From positions 4,836,001 through 4,900,000 of the forward strand of contig OX597819.1 in the NCBI GenBank assembly GCA_951406725.2: a DNA stretch of 64,000 bases. The letters are read 5' to 3'. Numbering within the stretch: the stretch's first letter is position 1; each line of letters starts with the position of its first letter. The DNA is from Octopus vulgaris (Eukaryota). A program made the position numbers and the translations under genes. The notes under the pieces are model-generated. The model saw only the letters and a list, made by a program, of their open reading frames with translations. It made no database searches and had not been told where the DNA came from. Below, one piece after another: positions 23,678-35,720 of this stretch.

Positions 23678-26600
23678 CTAGCAGTATCGCCCGGCGTTGC
23701 TCGGGTTTGTAAGGGAAATAACTATATAAGCATTTTTAGAGTTATAGCCAAAAAATGCATTAAAAATGGGAAAAAAATTATGGTAAATTTTTTTTTAACC
23801 GTTGACTCATCGTAGACATTTTTAGAGAGTTACTTCCGGTACTTGTCAATTGTCGTGGTCCCGGTTTTGCACACGCGAATGCGCGCGCGCGCGCGCCAGA
23901 CGTAGGTACTCGATACTCGAGATCCTACGAGGTGACATGCGCAGTGCAGAATTCGCGCGTGCGCGTTAAACCCCCCCCCCCTAAAAAAAAAGGTGTTGGA
24001 TTTCACTAAAAATATATGTGTGTGTGTGTGTGTGTGTATATATAACATTTTCAATTTTACACAAAAAAATTACATAGTCGCTTTCCTCGCGGATTTACAG
24101 AGAAATGAATTAATTACTATTTTACAGAATAAAATTAATGAATTAATTATATAAATTAAATAATTCTTGAAAATTAATTAATATTAATAATATTTTTTGA
24201 ACAAAGTAAATAATTTATAAAACTTGGTTAATAATTTTTTTTACACAAACGCGAACGTATATAATTTGTGAAACTTTTTTTTTTACAGACGTATATAATT
24301 TGGTAAACTTAATGAATTAATTTCTTCTCATCATCATCATCGTTTAACGTCCGTTCTCCATGCCAGCATGGGTTGGACGGTTCGACCGGGGATCTGGGAA
24401 GCCAGAAGGCTGCACCAGACTCCAGTCTTATCTGGCAATGTTTCTACAGCTGGATGCCCTTCCTAACGCCAACCACTCCGAGAGTGTAGTGGGTGCTTTT
24501 TACATGCCACCCGCACAGGTGCCAGGCGAGGCTGGCAACGGCCACGGTCGGATTGGTGCCAGTCGAGGCGGCTCTGGCATCGGCCACGATTCGGATAGTG
24601 CTTTTTACGTACCACCAGTCCAGGGGTCCTGGCATTTGCCGGGTGCCACACTTGCCCCAACATGTCTTCGCAAGCAAAGGGGGTTGGCATGGGTGCCTGT
24701 CGTGGGATGAGGTTCGATATCAACTTCGCTTGCCTCAACAGGTCTTTGTGTATAAATGTATAAATTTTTCGCACTAAATTCTTTCCGTAGAATTTATAAA
24801 AAAACGCGCAAAATTATTCCGTAGACTTTATCAAATTAAAAAACGCAAAATTAATATATTTTTTGAAATTGCAAATTATTTAGAATATAAAACAAATTAA
24901 GTTAAATTTTTAAAATAAATGTCATATACTTATACTCTGTAAGGTGCTGTGTTCACACTTCAATTTACTATTTTCTAGAAATGTTGCTTTTCTAATTGAA
25001 ACAATTTTTCTCAATCTCCATTTAAAAGTCCATAATGCCTCTTGAGCCATATCAAAATGAACAACTTTGAATTACCCGGTGGTGGTGGTGTGAGGTTCTA
25101 ATTTTTTTTCTGATCTCTCTTTGCCCCCTCTTTATCTCAGTTGTTCATTCAGCTAATATTTAGAAAAATTTTCGCGCCCAATTTTTGTTGTCGCGGGAAA
25201 AGATGAACGATTTAAAATAAATATATCTTAATTGTAGTGTGAGAAAGTATATATATTCTGATGACAAAATATATTATCTTTCAAAAACATCCCAAATTTA
25301 TAGACTATATCGTGTAGGTTTAAGAAATATATATATATATATATATAGATATAGATATATATATATATACATATATAGTAGAGAATGAAACATCTTTCAT
25401 CTGTCTCCCCACCACACCTCCATCTAGGGGGGCAAAGAGAGATCTGAAAAAAAATTAGAACCTCACACCACCACCACCACCGGGTAATTCAAAGTTGTTC
25501 ATTTTGATATGGCTCAAGAGGCATTATGGACTTTTAAATGGAGATTGAGAAAAATTGTTTCAATTAGAAAAGCAACATTTCTAGAAAATAGTAAATTGAA
25601 GTGTGAACACAGCACCTTACAGAGTATAAGTATATGACATTTATTTTTAAAATTTAACTTAATTTGTTTTATATTCTAAATAATTTGCAATTTCAAAAAA
25701 TATATTAATTTTGCGTTTTTTAATTTGATAAAGTCTACGGAATAATTTTTGCGCGTTTTTTTATAAATTCTACGGAAAGAATTTAGTGCGAAAAATTTAT
25801 ACATTTATACACAAAGACCTGTTGAGGCAAGCGAAGTTGATATCGAACCTCATCCCACGACAGGCACCCATGCCAACCCCCTTTGCTTGCGAAGACATGT
25901 TGGGGCAAGTGTGGCACCCGGCAAATGCCAGGACCCCTGGACTGGTGGTACGTAAAAAGCACTATCCGAATCGTGGCCGATGCCAGAGCCGCCTCGACTG
26001 GCACCAATCCGACCGTGGCCGTTGCCAGCCTCGCCTGGCACCTGTGCGGGTGGCATGTAAAAAGCACCCACTACACTCTCGGAGTGGTTGGCGTTAGGAA
26101 GGGCATCCAGCTGTAGAAACATTGCCAGATAAGACTGGAGTCTGGTGCAGCCTTCTGGCTTCCCAGATCCCCGGTCGAACCGTCCAACCCATGCTGGCAT
26201 GGAGAACGGACGTTAAACGATGATGATGATGAGAAGAAATTAATTCATTAAGTTTACCAAATTATATACGTCTGTAAAAAAAAAAAGTTTCACAAATTAT
26301 ATACGTTCGCGTTTGTGTAAAAAAAATTATTAACCAAGTTTTATAAATTATTTACTTTGTTCAAAAAATATTATTAATATTAATTAATTTTCAAGAATTA
26401 TTTAATTTATATAATTAATTCATTAATTTTATTCTGTAAAATAGTAATTAATTCATTTCTCTGTAAATCCGCGAGGAAAGCGACTATGTAATTTTTTTGT
26501 GTAAAATTGAAAATGTTATATATACACACACACACACACACACATATATTTTTAGTGAAATCCAACACCTTTTTTTTTAGGAGGGGGGTTTAACGCGCAC

Positions 26601-26937
26601 GCGCGAATTCTGCACTGCGCATGTCACCTCGTAGGATCTCGAGTATCGAGTACCTACGTCTGGCGCGCGCGCGCGCGCATTCGCGTGTGCAAAACCGGGA
26701 CCACGACAATTGACAAGTACCGTTACTTCCCTTATATAATAGCAAAAAAATGATGGTAAATTTTTTTTTAAATCGTAGACTCATCGTAGACGCGCGCTAA
26801 TACCCAGAAGGGCTTGATATGAATCACGACTATAAGATACCCGCTTTTGGTTACACTGCATCGCAAAATGTGGGAGTAGTTAGGAATCTAAATCGTAGGA
26901 GACAGACAGCACACAACCTCACTCTTATATATAAAGA
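23678..26937 (-). mobile_element. Helitron H1 copy split by the foldback insertion
   Basis: CTAG and hairpin at 23678, 5' TC end at 26937; the two halves joined match 15417-15804. Confidence 0.9.
23838..26721. mobile_element. Foldback/Mutator-like non-autonomous DNA transposon, ~1.29-kb inverted arms, 9-bp TSD GTTACTTCC
   Basis: Arms ~23838-25128 and ~25428-26721 are near-perfect reverse complements (the ORF track shows identical mirrored translations). TSD at 23829-23837 and 26722-26730; the empty site GAGAGTTACTTCCCTTATA is seen in the Helitron copy near 15580. Confidence 0.92.
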
Positions 26938-27136
26938 TAGCTTGAATACAATTTAGTTCCGGTTTATAGTATATTTCCCTCCTCTCTTTCATATCTATTT
27001 TTCTTCTCTATATTTTTTGTGCTTCTCATCTTGGAAACAGCATCAGTGCTGAAAATTTTCAAAAGTTCATTTGGAAATTTCAGCACATTAAAACTTAACA
27101 GTAACTTGCTAATATATGAGAGTCCGAAATTTTCCA

Positions 27137-27630
27137 GGGTTAATATCTAGATCCGCACCCGGTGGGAAAAATTTACCATCAATTTTCACCATTTTAAACG
27201 CATTTCACACACATAGCCCAATGTCATAATTCAAAACTAACGCAGCGAAAATTTTGAAAAGTTCCCCCAGTTCTGAAAAAAATCGATAAATTCGACATGG
27301 GGTCGCGAATCAGAAACACAATGGTGAAAATTGATGGTAAATTTTTCTTTAAATCGTAGGCAATTTTCCGAGCCCCCTCCCCCCCCCCCCGTTTGTCAGC
27401 ACGCTTTTTTTTCGTCATATTCCTTCAATATACGATGCCTTACACCTGTTACACATATTTTTTTCCATTTTTGCCTCTACGGTTGATCCTGGGAATTTCC
27501 CGAGCCCCCCCCAACCCCGTTTGTCAGCGCGCTTTTTTCCCGTCTTATTCCGTCAATATACGATGCCTTACAACTGTTACACATTTTTGTTTCCATTTTT
27601 CCCACCGGGTGCGGATCTAGATATTAACCC
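27137..27630. mobile_element. MITE-like element with 35-bp TIRs
   Basis: GGGTTAATATCTAGATCCGCACCCGGTGGGAAAAA and its reverse complement; internal ~130-bp tandem duplication; no TSD seen. Confidence 0.75.
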
Positions 27631-27671
27631 CTCCTCTCACCTGCCTTCTCTGAATTTGTTTCCTCATAACT

Positions 27672-27875
27672 TTGAGAACAGTGGTCCCGGTGCGCGCACT
27701 CACGCATCAGCGCTACTATTCATGACTAGTCGATCCTTACTTTGTGTTTTTGTGTTACTTTGTTTAAAAAATTATTTTGTTTTATTTACTTTGCTAGGAA
27801 GTCGTTGTAGGATCGACTCGTCACGACTAGCTAGGGCGGATGCGCGCACCGGGACCACTGTTCTCAAGTAGTACC
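27672..27875. mobile_element. Short MITE with 27-bp perfect inverted repeats, related to the foldback termini
   Basis: TTGAGAACAGTGGTCCCGGTGCGCGCA / TGCGCGCACCGGGACCACTGTTCTCAA; shares the GTGGTCCCGG core and the GTACC end with 23838-26721. Confidence 0.75.
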
Positions 27876-29100
27876 GCATTTCAAATGGTGTGGATTATGA
27901 TCACATCGAAATTGTATGTCCGTGGGGTGGGGGCTAGAAATTGGTGGGTGTACGGGTGGACTGACGCGCTTAAAATGTTCGAGCCTTTGTACTTATGTGA
28001 ATATGTGTCACAATTTCTTTTGTGTATTATTTTCGCGTTGAATTCGTATGTAATTGTAATGTACATTGTCTGAAAGGTATTTGTGGGAAATTTCGTTTAA
28101 TATTACCCATCTTTCTGAAAGCTATAAGGAAATAGTCGACTTTCGTGTGAATAATTCGGAAATTTTTCTCTATTTCTTCTTTCTCCTCCCCCACGAAAAA
28201 TATTTGTAGAAAAATCTTAATTTTTCCGGAACTTTTGAGGTAACACACTTGACGTAGGAATTTTGTCGAAAACTCCAGATTTATCGTGTCGTAAAGAACT
28301 ATTACAAGTGAACTACGGAACAACTTTGGCTTAATTAATAATGTTTCCCCTCCACAATCCTTTCTTCCCTTCCGCCTAAACATGTGCGCAGTAGATCTCT
28401 TGTAAAATGGACCGCACCCATTTTATTAATTGGGTAACTGCTTCAATATTCTACTTTTACTCTTCTTTTCAGAATAACAAAAAGTTTTGGTTCTGTACGC
28501 TGCTACAAGATTAGTTATGTATTGCTTAAAATTGTCTCCAAATAAGTACTCTCTCTCTCTCTCTTTGTGACTTTTCTTTTATGAAGAACCTTTAATTTAC
28601 TTTAAACACGGAAGAATAGGATTTTTGGCGGAATTCTAGCACCCGATATAACACCTCAAAACTTTATTTTCTGAAATTTCCAGTAAAGTTTTGCGAATCT
28701 GTATTCTCCACACAGGAATTCATACGTTTTTGTGGGTGGGGTATGTGTGATTTAAGGACGATTTTGCACAACTCACGACCACCCAATACCTTCCTGGTTT
28801 CTTTGTCAATCTGACATATTGTTTTGAATAGTTTTCTCCCCGTAAACATTAATGGGCGAAAGTAAAGAATACGTAGTGTTACTGATCTATTTAGCTCCAG
28901 GAAGACATTCAAAATTTTAAATGGAGAGGGCGTGAAATTAGTTGGGGTTTTTTTTTTTTTGCGTATTCGTAGTTGGTTCCCCCTCCTTTTTGACTGCGAA
29001 GATTCGAATCTGCAAAAAACGGCATTTCAAAATTTGTATTCCCATCCCACCAATTCTTCACTTTCTTCAGGGATTTTTAAAAAATTATTTCTTTTTTTGA

Positions 29101-29293
29101 TAATTCGTATTTAGCAAGTGGATCTTCGGTTTGGCTGTTGTTTCTAGCTTGTCGGACTTTCCGGTTGGAGCGTACTTAATTAAGATTGAAGATTTTGAAA
29201 ACGTGTTTTGGGGGTTTTCAAAATCTTTTACGTACGCTCCAACCGGAAAGTCTGACAAGCTAGAAACAACAGCCACTTTCTAAATACGAATTA
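29101..29293. repeat. Imperfect palindrome (~190 bp)
   Basis: GGCTGTTGTTTCTAGCTTGTCGGACTTTCCGGTTGGAGCGTAC pairs with GTACGCTCCAACCGGAAAGTCTGACAAGCTAGAAACAACAGCC; outer and inner stems extend the pairing. Confidence 0.9.
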
Positions 29294-30429
29294 CGAAAAA
29301 ACAAAATTTAAATGTCATTTTGTTGTGTGTGTGTGTGTGTGTGTGTGCAAAACACTAATTGTTACGTAAGTCTCTTGATTCCAAAAGACATTCAACCACG
29401 CCTGTCAGTGGAGGGAGTGTTTATTTTTGAAAAATTAAAATTATACATTTTTTCCCCCCAGTCTTCTATTTTTCTACATATTTCGTAGAAGAAAATATTT
29501 CTGAAAAAAGTGAAAAATTAGAAATTAGGTTTTTTTTTTTCTGTAGATACGTAGAAAACGGCAAGACTTCATTTTGAGTCTTTCCTAGAAAAATACGGAG
29601 ATTATGATTCTGAAAAAGTATTGTTTGTAAAATATTTCAGTTATTCAAGAATTATATAATCGCAGTTTTTTTAGATTTGGCTGTTATTTCTAGCACGTGG
29701 GTGGCCTGCTTGATGGCCAAGGCCCCCCGAAAAATTGAAATCTTACAATTTATTTTTAGAATCATAATCCCCGTATTCTATGTATTTCGCATAAGAAAAT
29801 TCCGGAAAAGGTGGAAAATGAAGAATGGGTGGTGGTGGGGGGGGGGACAGAAATTTGAAGTTGCTATTTTTGGAAAAAAAATTTCAGAATCGGAATTTCT
29901 ATAGCCGGAAACGTGGGATTCCGTAAAAAAAATATTTTTTTAGAGAGAGTGTATGTGTGTGTGTGTTCTCATGTATGTCTAAGTGGCACACACACACAAA
30001 AGGTCTATGTATTTATGTATGCACGTATACATAACATACAGGTACAGACATCTTTCTCTTCAAAACTAAAATAGATGGCCTAAAATTCACTAAAATTTTA
30101 TGATAATTCCTAAAAAATGTAAGGGGTTATATAGGATGTTTAAACCAGAACTCCGCCCATTTCAGTACTATTTTATCGGAATCTTCAATCGAACCGCTAA
30201 GTTGCAGAGACGTAAACAAACCACCCCTGGTTGTTGAGTGGTGGTGGGGGGACAGACATAAATGACTGGCTTCTTTCAGTATCCATCTATTAAATCCACT
30301 TGCAAAGCTTTAATCGGCCCAGGGCTATAGTGGAACTCAATTAAGTTGCCATTGTATTTCTATTTGTGATATAAAAGATTCACAAGTAGAAATACATGTT
30401 CTCCTTCAAATATACAAACACATCTCTGC

Positions 30430-31197
30430 GATCTTTTCCTTTTGAACGGCACTTTTCAACACAATTTCTGGTTAACTAAACACTTTTAAACTTCGTATAC
30501 TGGTAGAATGTGTTTATAAAACATCATTTTTTCTTGGTTTTATTGAGAAAATTCTGTATGTTGTAACATTTCGGCAATTTTAACCAATCGATTACCTCCA
30601 TTTAGGTAAACATTCTGTGCATAATGAATATGTCCCTCCTTTAAAGAAACAGATTGGGTTTATTTACATTTGTGAAGAAAAAAGATACCCTTCCCCCACC
30701 CCTAACTCTAACCAACCCTAACTCTCACCCTAAATCTAAAATAGAATGAAATGCAATAGATCGATACTAGGGTTATAATTATGGGTGACAATTTCATACA
30801 ACACCGCTATGGAAAATGGGATTTTTTTCTAGCGGTGTCAAATGAAATTGTCACCCATAATTATGGCCCTAGTATTGATCTATTGCATTTCAATCTATTT
30901 TAGATTTAGGGTTGGGGAAGGGTATCTTTTTTTTCTTCACAAATGTAAATAAACCCAATCTGTTTCTTAAAGGAGGGACATATTCATTATGCACATAATG
31001 TTATTTACCTAAATGGACTCCAGCGATTGGTTAAAATTGCCGAAATTAAAGATGAAAATCTTACAACCTATAGAATTTTCTCAATAAAACCAAGAGAAAA
31101 TTATGTTTTATAAACACATTTTACAATATACGAAGTTTAAAACTTTTTAGTTACCTAGAAATTATGTTACAAAGTGCCGTTCAAAAGGAAAAGATCC
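30430..31197. mobile_element. Palindromic Mutator-like MITE with 9-bp TSD CATCTCTGC
   Basis: GATCTTTTCCTTTTGAACGGCACTTT...AAAGTGCCGTTCAAAAGGAAAAGATCC; arms pair nearly to the centre (~30815); TSD at 30421-30429 and 31198-31206. Confidence 0.88.
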
Positions 31198-32045
31198 CAT
31201 CTCTGCTCCACCTATCTTCTGTTGGGTTTGTATGTTATGCTTGTGAAAATCTGTTGAACCGAGTGAAATTGTAGTCCTGGGTGATAATAGTGCTGCCTGA
31301 CTGGCATGTAAAATGCACCCACTACACTCTTGGAGTGGTTGGCATTAGGAAGGGCATCCAGTTTTAGAAACCTTGCCAAATCAGATTGGACCCTAGTGCA
31401 GCCTCCGGGCTTGCCAGTTCTGTCAAACTGTTCAACCCAGGCCAGCATGGAAAGCAGACATTAAACTCGATGATGATAATAAAGGTATGAATAATGATGG
31501 GATGACAAATCTTCAAAATCACTTGAATAAAATATGAAGGCTAAAATATAATAAGCACCATTTTTATGTTTTGTATATCTGCCATTGACTAGAGCAGTAT
31601 TGCTTGTTCAAATGTAGGGGTAGCTCCGTTTATTTTTGAAAGTCTGTTTTTTGAAGTCGTTTTAAACAATCTTTGTTTTTCCTATAATGATATGGGTTGA
31701 ACCAAACTTTTGAGTTCTATGGCTGTGGCTGTTTCTAGTGCTGAATCTTGTTTTCAGGTGTATTTTATTCCACCTATAAGCACAGTGGACTATAAAGCTA
31801 TCGGGCTTATTCATGCTTGACCATAATGTTACCATCACTGCTATGTAAATCAGTCTATATTTTTAGATACATATATGCCAGAAAGGTAAATGTTCATTGT
31901 TCACATACTCTGATGTATTCATCTGGGAATTAAGCTGAAAAATACTTTCAGCACTTTGCTGGTAATAATATTGAAATAGTGTGGTGTTAGTTTGCTTTCC
32001 CTGAAATTGATCTTTTATTTTCATATTACTGTTTTTCCTCCACAG

Positions 32046-32267
32046 GTTCGTTTTGCTGCTGATGAGAAGTTAGAAACCAAGCACCTTATGTTTGCATGGA
32101 GCTATGCCTACCAAGCTGCCCGTAAAGGTGAATGGGTACAAATTCATATTGATTCAGAGAGGTTCCGATGTCGGATAGAAAACACTGAGCAGGTGTTGAA
32201 ACCAATTTTAGATCCTTGTCACAGACTGAAGATCTTGGCTCTTCAGAAGAAATATGAACATTACTAA
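32046..32267 (+). CDS. PPP1R15: PPP1R15 coding exon 2 (PP1- and eIF2-alpha-binding C-terminal domain)
   Basis: Acceptor TTTTTCCTCCACAG|GTT; VRF...AWSYAYQAARKGEW....DSERFRCRIENTEQVLKPILDPCHR is the GADD34/CReP/ICP34.5 signature. Confidence 0.93.
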   Translation, partial: VRFAADEKLETKHLMFAWSYAYQAARKGEWVQIHIDSERFRCRIENTEQVLKPILDPCHRLKILALQKKYEHY

Positions 32268-32992
32268 ATGCATCTAGTAAAGAATTTCCCTAACTGAAGA
32301 TTTATTGTATTTTTGTTTAGGTGAAACTACATTACAGACTGTTAAATGCAATCTTGTTACATACAGACAACTATCAAATGGATATCATCTTAAATGTCAT
32401 CATTGAAGCATTCTGTGATACAAAATGAAATATTTTTGTAATTAAACTAAAAAGAAAACATTTCATGTGATGGTCTTTTGGAGCTTTGTAGATCATATAA
32501 ACTTTGACCTAATATTTAAATTACTACTAACTCAACATTGTGGTTGGTGTTGGAAGTGGTGGTGTGTCTTTCATGACACATCACCTCTCTCTCTCATTAC
32601 ATGTATGTAGCAAGCAACAGTTAATTAATATATCTGGTCTCGGAGCTATTTATTATTTATTACATCTGGCTGATTCAGATTTTGAATTGCTTTGGCAACC
32701 AGTCTCTGATTAAAGATGACTAACTCTAAATCCAATGGTGGTGTTTTCTTTTGTATACCTTTTGTGTACCTGACCAGCTATAAATATTTATTGCTGTACA
32801 TAAAGTAAACCACAGTGTAAGGGGAGGTAATAACAGATTAACATCTTCCATGAAGATAATTAAATTTATAGCATTCTCTTACAAAATCTTTGCTTTTTAT
32901 GTAACATTCTTAATAAGATTAAGTTTTAAGGCAATTTTAAATAGCTAATGCTAATCAGTTAAATCTTACACTTTGTGTGTGTGTGCGCGCGC

Positions 32993-33300
32993 GCCAAGCT
33001 GTATCGGCCTTTGCCTTTCCCTTGGGTAACACTGGTGGCGTGGAGAGGGGAGGTTGGTATGCATGGGAAGACTGCTGGTCTTCAATAAGGCGAGCTGGCA
33101 GAATCGTTAGCACGGCGGGCGAAATGCTTAATGGTATTTCGTCTGTCTTTACGTTCTGAGTTCAAATTCCACCAAGGTCGACTTTGCCTTTCATCCTTTT
33201 GAGGTCGAAAAATTAAGTACCAGTTGTTTACTGGGGTCGATCTAATCGACTGGCCTCATCCCCAAAATTTTGGGCTTTGTGCCTAGAGTAGAAAAGAATA
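32993..33300 (+). mobile_element. SINE-derived segment in the probable PPP1R15 3' UTR
   Basis: Homologous to 48849-48940 and 9295-9400 (GGTCGACTTTGCCTTTCATCCTTT...AAATTAAGTACCAG). Confidence 0.65.
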
Positions 33301-33302
33301 TG

Positions 33303-33334
<32 letters not shown>

Positions 33335-34589
33335 CACACACACACAATAATGATCAGCTTTTTTCTTTATAATTCCTAACTTGGGAGTACTTCATCTTAC
33401 ATTGCATGCAGGTTATTGAAAGCCTTAAGGATTGGGTCTTATTTTACTTCTAGATATTAACTGTTTTCAAATTCATGTTATTTTAATTTCTCTCAAGTTA
33501 CAATATTTTACAATATTTCTCAAATAAATTGTAAATTTAAAATTTCATCTGTTGTTGTTTTTTTTCCCCCTTCAAGTGTTCTAAGTATCCACTTCAAATA
33601 GAATGGTTTCATTTTGCAAATCATATTTTGAATGGCATTGATAAGGGGTACATTAAAAAAAATTTGTGGCTATTCATAAATAGGGTTAACACAATACATA
33701 CTTATGGTAGGGGAGACTAACATTTTATAACAGAACATAGCAGATATAAGTGTCGTTGGTGAAGGCCAGGAGTAAAAAATATATACCAGTGACACATCAT
33801 TTTTGGTTCAGTCCCACTGCATGATGCTCTTGACAAGTGTCTTCTGTTGTCCTGGACTGACCTAACTTTTGTAAGAGGATTTGATAGACAGAAACAAAGA
33901 AACCTGTCATGTGTGCTTGTTTGTCTTGACATTTGTAATCATAAATCTCATTTCCAACATTCTGCAAGGATACGTCTGGCCATGGAGAAATATTACCTTG
34001 CTTGGAAACTGTTGGCAACAGGACATCTGGTCATAGAAAATCTGCCTGAATAAACTCCAATGCATGCAAGTATGGAAAAGTGGACGTTTTGGAATCCCTT
34101 GTCAGTTCAGATAAGGTAGTAAACTTTAGCATTGTATTATATAAGTTCATTTTGCAATTTGATACCAAGTTTGCTGAACAATTTAGTCAAATGTCTTCTA
34201 TGTTACATTAGGTTGACCAACTCTGTATGTGTGTATATAAATGTAAACAAATGAATGGTATAAGCATCATTGAGAAAAAAACAAAAATTGGTGATCTATA
34301 AGATACTTAGTTTTTATTCTGTACTGAAATACACTCCCTTGTCTTGTACTGTCAGAAATTCCTGTTGGAAAGCAGTAACCAATGGAACTATCGGTCACCA
34401 ATGGTGATATATATAAAATCATCATTCAGTGTTCATCAACAAAAGTAGCAACTCGCTGAACTTAGCCCAGCCCATTCTTATTCTAACAGCTATGCTTTCT
34501 TAGCTGACTCCTCCACTGCTGATTTGGTCACCTAAGTAAGGGAAACTGTTTATCACTTCTAAGAATTCCCCTGTATGTTCCTTATTTAG

Positions 34590-35720
34590 TGGTCAATGCG
34601 AAAGCTAGGGATAGATGAGTGGTTGGTGAGGGCTGTACAAGCCATGTACAGGGATGTTGTTAGTAAGGTGAAGGTTAGCAAGTAATGACTACACCACTGC
34701 ACCTTTTATGTGTCTATAGCTTGCATTGGGTACACCATATGGAATTTTCACCTACATATTGAGCAGGACTATCTCCCTGAAGGGATCAGTGAGTTGTCTG
34801 TTTTCCTGCTTACTAGGACTTTGGTCTTTGCTAAATTAACTCTAAGGCCATTTTAACTCCAGACTTTGCTTCCTTACCTGAAATTTCTTCTAGTTCTTTT
34901 ACTGATTCAGCTATAAGAACAAGGTCGTCAGTGTAGAGGAACTCAAAAAAAGTAGCCAGTATTAAATTCCTCCGTTATTACCTGGAGGGCATGGCTTGTA
35001 CTACCCCCTTGCTTCCGCATTGCCTACATCACAATTCTCTCTGACGCTGTCTTACAATTCGAAACACCTCATGCCACAGAATGTTGGTAAACTTCTTCCT
35101 TTCTGCTACTACCATTCTTCCAAGAATATTTCTTTGCTCCAATGGCCCTGTCTACTACACACTCCTCTACCACGCCACACTAGATCTGATTGGGACTTGG
35201 CACTATCCACACATTTGGTCTGTGGCATTTAGTAAGTTGACCCATAGGAACATGCCTATAGCTCTTCCTCATTAAATGTCTCAATTAGGGCATCTCTAAA
35301 TCACTGACTATTCAAAGGATTCTAAAGCTTCCAAATCCTTCGTTTTCAGACTGGTCTGCTTCTTGGAATCCTCCTAACCTGAAGTCATTACAAACCATTG
35401 TGGAGGGGTACATTCTTCACCAGGGAATGTCTTTGCATTTATAAGCAACCATGTATCTCACTTTCTGGTGAGAATGCAGTCAATCTGACTAGTGTTGGTC
35501 ACTGGATTTGTAGGTTATCAGATTACTGGCTGGTTTCTTGAAGTTGGTGTTGCAGACCATGAGGTTATTCACATCACAGAACTCCTGTAGCCCTGTTCCT
35601 TCCTTGTTTCAGGAAAAATTTCATAGCCCCTATGTATAATGTTGAAGACATCCAGGTGCTGGCCAACATGTTCACTGAAATCACCGGCCACAAAGACATG
35701 GTCTGCCATTTGTGGATTTT
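34590..35720 (-). mobile_element. Rearranged RTE LINE remnants (endonuclease and RT pieces)
   Basis: VFVAGDFSEHVG, QIDCIL and LYTDDLVL motifs; 34590-34680 is an inverted piece homologous to 46540-46640. Confidence 0.65.

Noticed and set aside
23838-26721. Possibility that the large inverted repeat is a fold-back read or assembly artefact
   Set aside because: An exact 9-bp TSD, a unique spacer and seamless continuation of the host Helitron on both sides argue for a real insertion.
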